DNA of 64,000 nt from an uncultured Candidatus Binatia bacterium (lineage in GTDB: Bacteria > Desulfobacterota > Binatia > UBA9968 > JAJDTQ01). The notes below the pieces were generated by a model. The model ran no database searches, was not told where the DNA came from, and was given only the letters and a program-made list of their open reading frames with translations. The first letter of the stretch is position 1; each line of letters opens with the position of its first letter. The stretch lies in assembly GCA_965215605.1 (NCBI GenBank), contig OZ244070.1, forward strand, positions 2,240,001 to 2,304,000. The letters run 5' to 3'. Below, piece after piece: positions 32,362 to 47,358 of the stretch. The translations under genes and the position numbers were made by a program.

Positions 32362-32544
32362 TTACTCTTCGGACGACGACTCCTCGTGCGGCTTCTTTTG
32401 CCAGTGCTCTATTGCCTTGGCAGCCTCTCGAATCGCTTCACGTCCAGCTTCGCTACGGAGAAGCTCACCGCCCTTGACGTAGAGTTCACCACGCCGTGTG
32501 ACGTGAAATTTCGGGCCGTCTTTGATATTCAAGTCCTTCGCCAT
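32362..32544 (-). CDS. Small hypothetical protein
   Basis: 60 aa with AAGGAAGGAG RBS, 12 bp upstream of the membrane protein gene. Confidence 0.55.
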   Translation of the reverse strand: MAKDLNIKDGPKFHVTRRGELYVKGGELLRSEAGREAIREAAKAIEHWQKKPHEESSSEE

Positions 32545-32677
32545 ACGCCGCTCCTTCCTTGGATATGGGCCGGACGAGCCAGATGCTGCGTCTGACCAGC
32601 CATCATTCTGGAGCGTTTACCAAAACCGGCTGTCCTTCTCAACGGAAACGCTGAGTATCAGACCCTGGGAGTGGGGA

Positions 32678-32753
32678 TGGTGGAGCCGATGGGGATCGAA
32701 CCCACGACCTCTAGATTGCGAACCTAGCGCTCTCCCAGCTGAGCTACGGCCCC
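32678..32753 (-). tRNA. tRNA-Ala(CGC)
   Basis: GGGGCCGTAGCTCAGCTGGGAGAGCGCTAGGTTCGCAATCTAGAGGTCGTGGGTTCGATCCCCATCGGCTCCACCA. Confidence 0.96.
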
Positions 32754-32891
32754 ACATTCGTGCAGTCCCAATAAGCTAGCATTCCCCAGCGCCCATGTAA
32801 ATGAACGGTGCGGGGCGCTCTCGTTCCCGGGCGGATGCCTCATCTGTACTCTTGACACGCCACCGGGGAGTTTCGTACGCCTGCCATCACC

Positions 32892-34061
32892 ATGAGGACT
32901 GCGTACTTTGACCTGATCGCCGGCATCAGCGGAGACATGACGGTAGCCGCGCTGCTGGATGTGGGGGTGCCGCGCAAGCGTTTACAGGAGGAGTTGGAGA
33001 AGCTTCGGGGCGTGGACTTCCGGATCCGGGTGGGCCGGAAGACCGTCAACGGCATCCGGGCGGCCCGGTTCCAGGTCATCGCCGGCGCGGCCCCGCCCCG
33101 GCGGAGTTGGTCCGGCATCCGCCGGCTGATCGAGCGGAGCGGGCTGTCGGCGGAGGTGAAGGCCCGCGCCCTGGCCGTCTTCTCGAAGCTGGCCGAGGCC
33201 GAGGGGAAGATACACGGGGTTTCGCCGGATGAGGTTCATTTCCACGAGGTGGGGGCGGTGGACTCCATCGTCGATATTGTCGCCGCTGCCGTCGCCACCT
33301 GTCACCTGGACATCGACGAGTTCGCCTGTTCCGCGGTGCCGCTGGGCCGGGGGCTGACCGGTTCGATGCACGGGGTGCTGCCGGTGCCGGCGCCGGCCAC
33401 CCTGGAGTTGCTGAGGGGGTTCCCGGTGGAGGACGCGGGCCTGGAGGCGGAGAACGTCACGCCCACCGGCGCCGCAATCCTTTCGGCCCTCGTCACGCAG
33501 CGCGGCGAGGCTCCGGCCATGCGCATCGAGCGCACGGGCTACGGCGCCGGCACGCTGGAGTTCCCGGACCGGCCCAACGTCTTGCGCATCGTGCTCGGGG
33601 AGAGCGAGCTGGCCCTGGGCCGTGACCGCATGATGGTGATGGAGACGCAGATCGACGACATGAACCCCGAACTCTACGACTACGTGCTGGAGCGGCTGTT
33701 CGCCGCCGGAGCCCGGGACGTGACGCTCTCGGCCGTCCAGATGAAGAAGAACCGGCCGGGCACGCTGCTGCGCATCCTGGCCGAGCCGGCGCTGCGGGAC
33801 GGTCTGGCGGAGATCGTGCTGCGGGAGACCTCTACACTGGGCGTGCGGTGCTACGCGGTGGACCGCCTCGTGTTGCGGCGCGAGGTGCGGAAGCTCAAGA
33901 CGCGGTTCGGCACCCTCACGGTGAAGGTTGCGGAAGAGCCCGGAGGGGGGAAGAGGGCGACGCCGGAGTATGACGAGGCGCGGAAGGTCGCGGCGTCCAG
34001 GAAGGTGCCGTTGAAGGCAGTGTACGACGAGGTGACGCGCTGTTTCGTCGGCGGGCAGTGA
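32892..34061 (+). CDS. larC: Nickel pincer cofactor biosynthesis protein LarC
   Basis: GISGDM, VHFHEVGAVDSIVDI, HGVLPVPAPAT, TPTGAA, MKKNRPG, ETSTLGVR. Confidence 0.92.
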   Translation: MRTAYFDLIAGISGDMTVAALLDVGVPRKRLQEELEKLRGVDFRIRVGRKTVNGIRAARFQVIAGAAPPRRSWSGIRRLIERSGLSAEVKARALAVFSKLAEAEGKIHGVSPDEVHFHEVGAVDSIVDIVAAAVATCHLDIDEFACSAVPLGRGLTGSMHGVLPVPAPATLELLRGFPVEDAGLEAENVTPTGAAILSALVTQRGEAPAMRIERTGYGAGTLEFPDRPNVLRIVLGESELALGRDRMMVMETQIDDMNPELYDYVLERLFAAGARDVTLSAVQMKKNRPGTLLRILAEPALRDGLAEIVLRETSTLGVRCYAVDRLVLRREVRKLKTRFGTLTVKVAEEPGGGKRATPEYDEARKVAASRKVPLKAVYDEVTRCFVGGQ

Positions 34062-34111
34062 TAGTCCATCGCGGCGGTAGCGCCCCATCATCGCCCCTGG
34101 ATTCCCGCCCC

Positions 34112-36198
<2,087 letters not shown>

Positions 36199-36247
36199 GG
36201 AATTTTCCAGGTATTGCGGTCGGAGTGGGGGCGGCCGCGGGCCGCCC

Positions 36248-37423
36248 TTACAATACCGCCGTGCCGCCCATACGACTTCTTGCTCGCCCGAAGGCTTCCA
36301 GCGTCTGTTCCATCTGATCCGTGGTGTGGGTCGCCATGGTGGTGACCCGCAGCCTCGACGTGCCCGGGGGCACCGTGGGCGGACGGATGCCCTGCACGTA
36401 GAAGCCCGATTCCAGCAGCCGCGCCGCGAGTTCCATGCACGGCTGCTCCTCTCCCACCATGACGGGAATGATCTGGGTGCTGCCGCCCACCGTGTAGCCG
36501 AGCTTGCCGAGGCCGCCGCGGAGTCGCTCCGCGTTGCGTTGCAGCGCGCATTGCCGTGCCGGTTCCTTCTCCACCAGATCCACCGCCGCGCCGGCCATGG
36601 CCAGCACCACCGGCGGCAGCGAGGTGGTGAAGATGAAGCTGCGGGCGCGGTTGATGAGCAGTTCCTTGAAGCCGGTGCCGCCGGCGACATAGGCGCCGAA
36701 CGCTCCCAAGGCCTTTCCCAGGGTGCCCATCTGCACCAGGACCCTGTCCCCCAGCCCCATCTCGGCCACCACGCCAGCGCCGTTGGGCCCTCGCACCCCG
36801 GTGGCGTGGGCCTCGTCCACCATCACCATGGCGCCGTGGCGCTCGGCCAACTCCACCATCTCCCGCAGGGGCGCGATGTCGCCGTCCATGCTGAAGATGG
36901 ACTCCGTGACGACGAGTTTCCGTACTCCGGCAGGCGCATCCTTCAGCAGGCTCTCCAGGTGATCCATGTCGCAGTGGCGGTACACCGACACCTCCGCCCG
37001 GGAGAGCCGGCAGCCATCGATGATGCTGGCATGGTTCAGCTCGTCGCTCAGCACCACGTCGCCCTTCTCCACCAGCGTGGCGATGATGCCCACGTTGGCT
37101 TGGTAGCCGCTGTTGAACACCAGCGCCGCCTCGGTCCCCTTGAAAAGCGCGATCCGCCGTTCCAGCTCCTCGTGCGCGGTCATGTTTCCCGAGATCAGCC
37201 GCGAGGCTCCCGAGCCGCCGCCGTACCGTTCCAGCGCCTCCCGGGCGGCGGCCTTCAGGGCGGGATGGTTGGCCAGCCCAAGGTAGTTGTTGGAGGAGAG
37301 GTTCAGCACCTCCCGGCCGTCGAGCCGGACGGTGGCATCCTGCTCGCCGTCCACGACCTTCAACTGCCGGTAAAGGTTCCGGCTCCGGATCTCCGCCAGC
37401 CGTTGTTCGATGAAATCGATCAT
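36248..37423 (-). CDS. bioF: 8-amino-7-oxononanoate synthase
   Basis: SSNNYLGL, NHASIIDG, FSMDGD, DEAH, TLGKALG, IRPPTVP. Confidence 0.94.
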   Translation of the reverse strand: MIDFIEQRLAEIRSRNLYRQLKVVDGEQDATVRLDGREVLNLSSNNYLGLANHPALKAAAREALERYGGGSGASRLISGNMTAHEELERRIALFKGTEAALVFNSGYQANVGIIATLVEKGDVVLSDELNHASIIDGCRLSRAEVSVYRHCDMDHLESLLKDAPAGVRKLVVTESIFSMDGDIAPLREMVELAERHGAMVMVDEAHATGVRGPNGAGVVAEMGLGDRVLVQMGTLGKALGAFGAYVAGGTGFKELLINRARSFIFTTSLPPVVLAMAGAAVDLVEKEPARQCALQRNAERLRGGLGKLGYTVGGSTQIIPVMVGEEQPCMELAARLLESGFYVQGIRPPTVPPGTSRLRVTTMATHTTDQMEQTLEAFGRARSRMGGTAVL

Positions 37424-37604
37424 GGCTTTGGTTGGGTAGATAACAGAAATACCGTTTCCTAACCAGAAAACCCGTTCTGGATCCTGCGCCTGTACCGAAG
37501 TCCCTACGTCCGCCGTCCAGATGGGTCCGCGTTGACTTTGGCGATTCCGTACCTAGATTTTGTAAGGCTTCCGGCGTTGCAAGGCGGGGAGCCGGAGGAG
37601 TGTC

Positions 37605-40229
<2,625 letters not shown>

Positions 40230-40261
40230 CGCCTGGAGCCTGTTCGAGGCGACGGAAACCG

Positions 40262-40339
40262 AGCACGCTCGCGTTCGATACCCACAAGGCGGTGAAGGCG
40301 CTCAGGGAGGCAGGTTTCGGCGACGCCCAGGCGGAGGCC
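40262..40339 (+). pseudogene. Remnant of a DUF1640/CCDC90-like gene N-terminus
   Basis: STLAFDTHKAVKALREAGFGDAQAEA with no start codon (CCG precedes it) and no continuation. Confidence 0.5.
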
Positions 40340-40385
40340 TACGGCGTCATTTGCAATGGCCGCGAGCCCTCGCTAGAATTTCCGG

Positions 40386-41465
40386 ATGCAGTCCCTCCTG
40401 AGAAAAAACATCGAAGATCTGGAAGGTTACACGCCCGGAGAGCAGCCCAAGCGGGCCGACCTCATCAAGCTCAACACCAACGAGAACCCCTATCCGCCGT
40501 CTCCACGGGTGTCGGCCGCCGTCCGCAAGGAACTCACCTCTGCCCTGCGTCTCTATCCCGATCCCGTGGCCCTGGAGCTGCGGAAACGGGCGGCGGTCCT
40601 CTACAACGTCCGCCCGGAGAACGTCATGGCGGGCAACGGCTCGGACGAGCTGCTGGCGATCCTGATGCGCTGCTACGTGGGCGAGGGTGACGGCGTGTCC
40701 TATCCGGTCCCCACCTACAGCCTGTACGAGACGTTGATCGCCATACAGGGCGGGCAGAGTCTGACGGTTCCTTATCCCGACAACTTCACCATACCGGCGC
40801 CGCTCTACTCCCAGTCGAGCAAGGTCACCATCCTGTGCAATCCCAACGCCCCTTCGGGCACCCTGGAGCCGGTGGGCGAGATCGCTCGCTTGGCGCGTTC
40901 GGTGGCCGGCCTGCTGATCGTGGACGAGGCCTACATCGATTTCGCCGACAGCGACGAAACCGCCATCGCGCTGGTCAAGCGCTTTCCCAACCTGGTGGTG
41001 CTGCGCACCTTTTCCAAGGCCTTCTCGCTGGCCGGCATGCGCGTCGGGCTGGCCTTCGGCGGCGAAGACATCGTGCGCAACATGCTCAAGGTCAAGGACT
41101 CCTACAACCTGTGCCGCCTGAGCCTCGCCGCCGCCGCGGCCGCCCTGGAAGACATGGAATGGATGCGCCGGAACGTCGGACGGATCCAGCGGACCCGCCG
41201 GACGCTGATCCGCGGCCTCCGCAGGCTCGGGTTCGAAGTTCACCCTTCCCAAGCCAACTTCGTGATGGCGCGGCTGGGCAGGGACAGCATCCGGTGGCTG
41301 CACGATGGGCTCCGGGACCGGGGCATCCTGGTGCGCTTCTTCGATATCCCCGAGCTTCGGAACATGATCCGGGTGACGGTGGGACGACCGCAGGAGATCC
41401 GGGCGCTCCTCACCGAGACGGAGGCCCTGCTCCAGGGCCGTGGCTTGATCCGGAAGGCGTCGTAG
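40386..41465 (+). CDS. hisC: Histidinol-phosphate aminotransferase
   Basis: KLNTNENPY, GNGSDE, NPNAPSG, DEAY, RTFSKAFSLAGMRVG. Confidence 0.93.
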   Translation: MQSLLRKNIEDLEGYTPGEQPKRADLIKLNTNENPYPPSPRVSAAVRKELTSALRLYPDPVALELRKRAAVLYNVRPENVMAGNGSDELLAILMRCYVGEGDGVSYPVPTYSLYETLIAIQGGQSLTVPYPDNFTIPAPLYSQSSKVTILCNPNAPSGTLEPVGEIARLARSVAGLLIVDEAYIDFADSDETAIALVKRFPNLVVLRTFSKAFSLAGMRVGLAFGGEDIVRNMLKVKDSYNLCRLSLAAAAAALEDMEWMRRNVGRIQRTRRTLIRGLRRLGFEVHPSQANFVMARLGRDSIRWLHDGLRDRGILVRFFDIPELRNMIRVTVGRPQEIRALLTETEALLQGRGLIRKAS

Positions 41466-41513
41466 CGCCGGGCATGGGCGCGCCCCACGGCATCGCCGAT
41501 GTGAGGTGGAGCC

Positions 41514-42836
41514 CTACACCGCGGCGTTCAGGCGGCGGTTCTCCTCTACCCGGATCTTGACGATCCTTCGGCCCTCCACATCCACGATGGTGAGCCGGTG
41601 GTCGTCGGTTTCGATCTTTTCGCCGCCCCGGGGAATGCGCTTCAGCTTGGCCAGCACGAATCCCGCCAGGGTGTGGTAGTCCACCGACTCCTCGAACGGC
41701 AGCTCGTAGTCCGACTGGAGGTCCCTGAGCAGGGCGGAGCCCGACACCACCAGCGAGCCGTCCGGCAGCCGCTCCACCGGCCCCCGTTCCTCGGCGTCGT
41801 ACTCGTCGCGGATCTCGCCTACGATCTCCTCGAGGATGTCCTCGAGGGTCGCCAGCCCTTCCACCTCGCCGTACTCGTTCACCACCAGCGCCAGCGCCAT
41901 GCGGCGCCGCTGCAGGTCCTTCAGAAGCTGGCTGATGGGCAACGAGCTGGGCACGAAGAACGGCGGATGCATCATGTTGCGAAGGTCGATGGGCTCGTTG
42001 GCCTGCATCGCCCGCAGGATGTCCTTGTTGTAGATGATGCCCAGCACTTGGTCCATGTCGTTCTCGTACACCGGCAACCGGGAAAAGCCGCTCTCCACGA
42101 AGTTCCGCAGAATGTCGGCCGGTTCCGTCCCGATGTCGACGGCGTGTATCTCGGTTCTGGGGATCATCACCGCCCGCACGGGCGTGTCCACGAAGTCGAA
42201 GACGCTGTGGATCAGCTCTTTCTCGGTCTCGTCGAAGATGCCCTTGGCGGTGCCTTCCCGGATGAGCGACTTGACCTCCTCCTCGGAGATGAAGCTGGCG
42301 GTGCCGGTCTCCTTGCCGCCGAAGACCCGAAGGACCCCGTTGCTGGAGCGGGTCAGGATCTGCACCAGAAAGGACGTGCTCCTGGAGATGGCGTCGATGG
42401 GAAGCGCCACGAAGAACGCGATGCGCTCGGAGTAGCGCAACGCCAGGGTCTTGGGCACGAGTTCGCCGAGCACCAGGCTCAGGTAGGCGATGGGCAACAC
42501 CACGATGAGAAGGGCGGCGTAGTTGCCCCAGGTCTCGGCGTAGGGAATCGGCAGCGATTGCAACTGCGGCTTCAGGAGCTGGATGGCCCCGGCGCCTCCG
42601 ATGGCGGAGGCCAGGGTGCCGACGAAGGTAATGCCGATCTGGACCGTGGCCAGGAACCGGTCGGGCTCGTCCTTGAGCCGCTCCAGGGCCGCCGCCGAGC
42701 GAGCGCCGCGGCCTCGGACCTGATCGACACGCGTCCTGCGGGTCGCGATCACGGCGATCTCCGCTGCGGCGAAGAAGCCGTTGGCCAGGATCAACAGAAA
42801 GATGATCGTGGCACCCAACCATATGCTGTCAAGCAT
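41514..42836 (-). CDS. CNNM/DUF21-CBS-CorC (hemolysin-family) transporter
   Basis: NGFFAAAEIA, VQIGIT, GELVPK, CBS pair, LEEIVGEIRDEYD. Confidence 0.9.
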   Translation of the reverse strand: MLDSIWLGATIIFLLILANGFFAAAEIAVIATRRTRVDQVRGRGARSAAALERLKDEPDRFLATVQIGITFVGTLASAIGGAGAIQLLKPQLQSLPIPYAETWGNYAALLIVVLPIAYLSLVLGELVPKTLALRYSERIAFFVALPIDAISRSTSFLVQILTRSSNGVLRVFGGKETGTASFISEEEVKSLIREGTAKGIFDETEKELIHSVFDFVDTPVRAVMIPRTEIHAVDIGTEPADILRNFVESGFSRLPVYENDMDQVLGIIYNKDILRAMQANEPIDLRNMMHPPFFVPSSLPISQLLKDLQRRRMALALVVNEYGEVEGLATLEDILEEIVGEIRDEYDAEERGPVERLPDGSLVVSGSALLRDLQSDYELPFEESVDYHTLAGFVLAKLKRIPRGGEKIETDDHRLTIVDVEGRRIVKIRVEENRRLNAAV

Positions 42837-43230
42837 GAATCAATCTCCCGTCCGGTATGCCGAGACGCAAAAAGGCAACGAGGAATCTCGCCCCCGGGCG
42901 AGCCGGGCGCGGAAAATTTCCACGGACGTTCAGTTCAATCTAGGGACACATGAGTCCCGGTGGAGCAATCGGGAATTTGAGGAAGCAGGGGAGGACGACG
43001 GGAGCCTTCAGGGGCAAAATGCGCGACGGAGGCTTGCTGTCATCTTGTGGGTCATCTGACATGGACGGACTCCTTGTCTCCGTTGCGCCGGAGACGGGGT
43101 TGACACTTGCCAGAAATCTCCTTCATCTGCGGCGAAAATGCAAGACCCCATCCACGGCTCGAGTCGGTGGAGTCTTCTAGTTGACCTGTCAACCCGTATC
43201 CGTTATGCAAACCATTTTGAGCGTTTGGCA

Positions 43231-44442
43231 ATGACGACGCGCCGAGTCCCACGACTGCTGAAGGAATGTCTCGACGGCGGGGCCTTGGCGCCGGGCGACG
43301 CCCTCCTGCTGTCCGGTGTCGAGGGAGATGAGTTCACGGCGCTGCTTCGAGCGGCCGCGGAGTTGCGCGACCGCCACAAGGGCCGGACCGTCACCTTCTC
43401 CCCCAAGGTTTTCATTCCGCTGACCAATCTCTGCCGCGACTTCTGCGGCTACTGCACGTTCCGCCGGGCTCCTGGCGAGGAGGGCGCCCGGACCCTGTCG
43501 CTGGACGAGGTGCTGGAGACGGTGCGGCGGGCCGGGATGATGGGCTGCACCGAGGTGCTGTTCAGCTTGGGGGACAAGCCCGAGGCCATCTACCCGGAGA
43601 TGCGGGAGTTCCTCGGGCGGGCCGGTTACCGCAGGACGCTGGAATACCTGTACGACGCCTGCGGCGTGGTGCTGGAAGAGACCGGGCTGCTGCCTCACGC
43701 CAACCCCGGACTCATGGCCCGCGGGGACCTGGAGCGGCTCAGACGGGTCAACGTCAGCATGGGGCTGATGCTGGAGAACGTCAGCGAACGCCTCATGGGG
43801 CCCGGCGGCCCTCACGCCGACGCGCCGGACAAGAAGCCGGCGGCGCGGCTCCGGACTCTGGCCGAGGCGGGCCGGTTGCGCATCCCGTTCACCACCGGGA
43901 TCCTCATCGGCATCGGCGAAACCTGGGAGGAGCGCGTCGCGTCGCTGTACGCCATCCGGGAGTTGCATGAGAGCCACGGCCATATACAGGAAGTGATCGT
44001 GCAGAACTTCCGCGTGAAGCCCGAGATTCCCATGCACGATCAGCCGCACGCCGAGTATGACGAGGAGGCCAGGACCATCGCGCTGGCGCGGCTGATCCTG
44101 GGCGGCGACATGAACATCCAGGCGCCGCCCAACCTCACGCCGGAATGCTATGAGTGGTACCTCAACGCGGGCATCAACGATTGGGGCGGAGTGTCGCCCG
44201 TCACCCGGGACTTCATCAACCCCGAGGCCCCCTGGCCCGAGCTGGTGGAGCTGGCGGAGCGGACGGCGGCCGCGGGTTTCGCGTTGAAGCCCCGGCTCCC
44301 CATCTATCCCGAATACATCGCCCGGGCGGAGCGGTTCATCGCGCCCGAGCTGATCCCCTACGTGGAGCGGTTGTGCGGCGAGGACGGTCTCGTCGCGCCT
44401 GGAGGAAATCATGAGCCACATCGAAGCGATGTTCGACTATGA
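43231..44442 (+). CDS. cofG: FO synthase subunit CofG
   Basis: FIPLTNLCRDFCGYCTF, LPHANPG, PFTTGILIGIGE, QAPPNL, GINDWGGVSP. Confidence 0.92.
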   Translation: MTTRRVPRLLKECLDGGALAPGDALLLSGVEGDEFTALLRAAAELRDRHKGRTVTFSPKVFIPLTNLCRDFCGYCTFRRAPGEEGARTLSLDEVLETVRRAGMMGCTEVLFSLGDKPEAIYPEMREFLGRAGYRRTLEYLYDACGVVLEETGLLPHANPGLMARGDLERLRRVNVSMGLMLENVSERLMGPGGPHADAPDKKPAARLRTLAEAGRLRIPFTTGILIGIGETWEERVASLYAIRELHESHGHIQEVIVQNFRVKPEIPMHDQPHAEYDEEARTIALARLILGGDMNIQAPPNLTPECYEWYLNAGINDWGGVSPVTRDFINPEAPWPELVELAERTAAAGFALKPRLPIYPEYIARAERFIAPELIPYVERLCGEDGLVAPGGNHEPHRSDVRL

Positions 44443-45655
44443 CAGCGGGGCGGAACGGCTGAACCAACTGCTGCCCCGCATCGAGGCTCGAGTCGCGCGA
44501 ATCCTGGAAGACGCCCTGGCGGGCCGCGAGGTCACGCGGGAAGAGGGGCTGGCGTTGTCCGAGGTGACCGGCGACGAGCTCGCTGCCCTGGCGGTGACCG
44601 CCGACCTGATGCGGCAGGCCAAGGTGGGCGACCGCGTCACCTACGTGGTGTGCCGGAACATCAACTTCACCAACGTGTGTTACGTCGGCTGCAAGTTCTG
44701 CGCGTTTCACACCGGTCCCAACAAGCCCGGAAGCTGGGACAACTCCCTGGAAGAGGTGGCGGACAAGGCCGAAGAGGCGTGGAACCGGGGCGCCACCGAG
44801 ATCTGCATGCAGGGCGGTCTGCCCAAGGGCATGACGCCGTTCTATTACCGCGACCTGTTGCAGGCCATCCGCTCCCGCGTTCCCGGCATCCACATCCACG
44901 CCTACTCGCCCATGGAGATCACCTACGGCGTCGAGCTCACCGGCATGCCCCTGGACGAGTACCTGCGGATGTTGCGGGACTCCGGCCTCGACAGCGTGCC
45001 GGGCACGGCCGCGGAGATCCTGGACGACGAGGTGCGGATGGTGCTGTCGAAGAACAAGGTCAGCACCGAGCAGTGGAAACGGGTGATCCGGACCGCCCAT
45101 GAGGTGGGCATCTTCACCACCTCCACCATGATGTACGGCCACCGGGAGAACGGCAGCCACTGGGTCAACCACATGCTGCTGCTGCGGGACATCCAGAAGG
45201 AGACCGGCGGCTTCACCGAGTTCGTTCCGCTGGGGTTCGTGCACGAGAACACCGCGCTCTACCAGCAGGGCCTGGCCCGGCCCGGCCCCACCGAGGAGGA
45301 GGACATCCGGGTCCACGCGCTGGCGCGGGTGCTCCTGAACGACGCCATTCCCAACATCCAGGTTTCCTGGGTGAAGATGGGCCGGCGCATGTCGCAGCTC
45401 TGTCTCAAGTCCGGCGCCAACGACTTCGGCGGCACGCTCATGGAGGAGAGCATCTCCCGGCTCGCGGGCTCCACCGAGGGGCAGATGATCTGGCCACACG
45501 AGTTCCGTTCGCTGATCCGCGGCATCAACCGAATTCCGGCCGAGCGCTCCACGGGCTACGAACTCCTGAGGACGTGGGAGGACGAGTCCGGGATGCTCGC
45601 GGGCGACTTCGCGCCGGCGGACAGCGCTCCGGACCAGCCGGCCGCCGGCCTGTAG
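44411..45655 (+). CDS. cofH: FO synthase subunit CofH
   Basis: NINFTNVCYVGCKFCAF, PGTAAEILDDEVR, IQVSWVK, ANDFGGTLMEE; adjacent to cofG. Confidence 0.9.
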   Translation: MSHIEAMFDYDSGAERLNQLLPRIEARVARILEDALAGREVTREEGLALSEVTGDELAALAVTADLMRQAKVGDRVTYVVCRNINFTNVCYVGCKFCAFHTGPNKPGSWDNSLEEVADKAEEAWNRGATEICMQGGLPKGMTPFYYRDLLQAIRSRVPGIHIHAYSPMEITYGVELTGMPLDEYLRMLRDSGLDSVPGTAAEILDDEVRMVLSKNKVSTEQWKRVIRTAHEVGIFTTSTMMYGHRENGSHWVNHMLLLRDIQKETGGFTEFVPLGFVHENTALYQQGLARPGPTEEEDIRVHALARVLLNDAIPNIQVSWVKMGRRMSQLCLKSGANDFGGTLMEESISRLAGSTEGQMIWPHEFRSLIRGINRIPAERSTGYELLRTWEDESGMLAGDFAPADSAPDQPAAGL

Positions 45656-45659
45656 GAAG

Positions 45660-46583
45660 ATGGTCGTCCTCCTCACGGGAGGAACGGGCGGCGCCAAGCT
45701 TGTCCTGGGCTTTCACGAGGAGACGGCCCCCGAAGACCTGGTGGTGGTGTGCAACACCGGTGACGACTCGCTGGTGCACGGCCTTCACGTATCCCCCGAC
45801 GTCGACACCATCGTCTACACCCTCGCGGGCCTCATCGACCCGGCCAAGGGGTGGGGCATCCGGAACGACACCTTCACGGTGCTGGACCAGCTCCGGCGCC
45901 TCGGCAACGAGACCTGGTTTCAGCTAGGCGACCGGGATATTGCCACCCATCTGACCCGCACCCGTCTGCTGAGCGAGGGGCAACCGTTGTCGGCCGTCAC
46001 CGCCGCGCTGTGCCGTGAGCTGGGGGTGAGGTCCAACGTGCTGCCCATGTCCGACCAGCGAGTGGAGACCCGGCTCTCGACCACGGGCGGCGAGATCTCT
46101 TTCCAGGAGTATTTCGTCAAGGCGCGCTGGCAGCCCGATGTCCTGAGCCTGCGTTACCGGGGTATTGAGGGTTGCAGCCCGGCGCCCGGCCTGCTGGACG
46201 CCATCCACGGCGCTTCCATGGTGGTGGTGTGCCCCAGCAACCCGGCCACCAGCATCGGCCCGATCCTGGCCGTGCCCGGCGTCCGGGAGGCCCTGCGGGC
46301 AACGGCCGCGCCGGTGGTGGCGGTGAGCCCCATGGTGGGCGGGCGGTCCTTCAGCGGGCCGGCCCACAAGCTCATGGCCACGCTGGGCGTGGAGGCGTCG
46401 GCGGCAGGCCTCGCCGTGGCCTACCGGGACTTCGCGGACGTGCTGGTCATCGACACTGAAGACCGTGACCTGCAACCGGCCGTGGAGAAGCTCGGCATCG
46501 ACGTACGAGCCACTCCCATACGCATGGACACCCTCGACGACAAGAAGCGGCTGGCCCGGGAGCTGCTGCGGCTCGCCGCTTGA
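45660..46583 (+). CDS. cofD: 2-phospho-L-lactate transferase
   Basis: GGTGGAK, NTGDD, SPDVDT, WFQLGDRD, FQEYFV, PSNP. Confidence 0.93.
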   Translation: MVVLLTGGTGGAKLVLGFHEETAPEDLVVVCNTGDDSLVHGLHVSPDVDTIVYTLAGLIDPAKGWGIRNDTFTVLDQLRRLGNETWFQLGDRDIATHLTRTRLLSEGQPLSAVTAALCRELGVRSNVLPMSDQRVETRLSTTGGEISFQEYFVKARWQPDVLSLRYRGIEGCSPAPGLLDAIHGASMVVVCPSNPATSIGPILAVPGVREALRATAAPVVAVSPMVGGRSFSGPAHKLMATLGVEASAAGLAVAYRDFADVLVIDTEDRDLQPAVEKLGIDVRATPIRMDTLDDKKRLARELLRLAA

Positions 46584-46674
46584 GACAACGTTCCCACCCC
46601 CGCCTCCGTCACAAACCTTGGGAGAGGCAGGTTTCAAAATTGCCGGTTCGGGTGCTATGGATTTCTCTTCGATC

Positions 46675-47352
46675 ATGAAGATTGGCGCGCTCATACCGGT
46701 CAAGGGGTTTCACGGGGCCAAGCACCGGCTTTCCTCGCGGCTCAGCCTGCCCGAGCGCTCGGAACTGATGAAGGCCATGGTACACGACGTGCTGGCCGAA
46801 GTGACCCGGGCCCGGGGCATTCACGAAACCTGCGTGGTCACCGGCTCCGCCGAGGTGGCGGATTGGGTCTCGGGCATGAGCGTGGATGTCATCCGGGAAG
46901 CCGAAGAGACAGGTGAGACCGATGCGGTTCACTTCGCCCTCGACGTGATGAAAAAGGCGGGCATGGACGCCGCACTGGTGCTGCCAGGGGATATTCCGCT
47001 CTTGCGCGCCGAGGACGTGGAGTCCGTGCTCCGGGCCGTGCCCGCCGATCCCGACAAACCCTTCGCCGTGCTCACGCCTTCCCACGACCGCATGGGCACC
47101 AACGCGCTGCTGCTGGCGCCGCCGGACGTCCTCCGGCTCCGCTTCGGCCACGACAGCTTCCGCTATCACCTGAACGAGGCGGCCGCCCGCGGAGTCCGGG
47201 TCAACGTGATCGAGAATTCGCGGATTGCGCTCGACATCGACGAGCCCGCCGATCTTCAGCAACTCATCCCACGGCTGGAGGGCGGACGCACCCGTGATCG
47301 CCTCGCCGACATGAGGGACAACGGCAGCAGCTTCTTCGCCCAAGCGGGTTGA
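46675..47352 (+). CDS. cofC: 2-phospho-L-lactate/PEP guanylyltransferase
   Basis: IPVK..AKHRLS, PGDIPLL, GTNALL, FGHDSF, LDIDEPADL. Confidence 0.92.
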   Translation: MKIGALIPVKGFHGAKHRLSSRLSLPERSELMKAMVHDVLAEVTRARGIHETCVVTGSAEVADWVSGMSVDVIREAEETGETDAVHFALDVMKKAGMDAALVLPGDIPLLRAEDVESVLRAVPADPDKPFAVLTPSHDRMGTNALLLAPPDVLRLRFGHDSFRYHLNEAAARGVRVNVIENSRIALDIDEPADLQQLIPRLEGGRTRDRLADMRDNGSSFFAQAG

Positions 47353-47358
47353 CCCCTC

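Noticed and set aside
37424-37604. BirA operator or CIRCE element between bioF and clpB
   Set aside because: No convincing match to either consensus
43181-43192. TTGACCTGTCAA palindrome upstream of cofG (and TTGACACCCGCGGGTCAA at 52325)
   Set aside because: Too short, with inconsistent spacing; cannot assign a regulator
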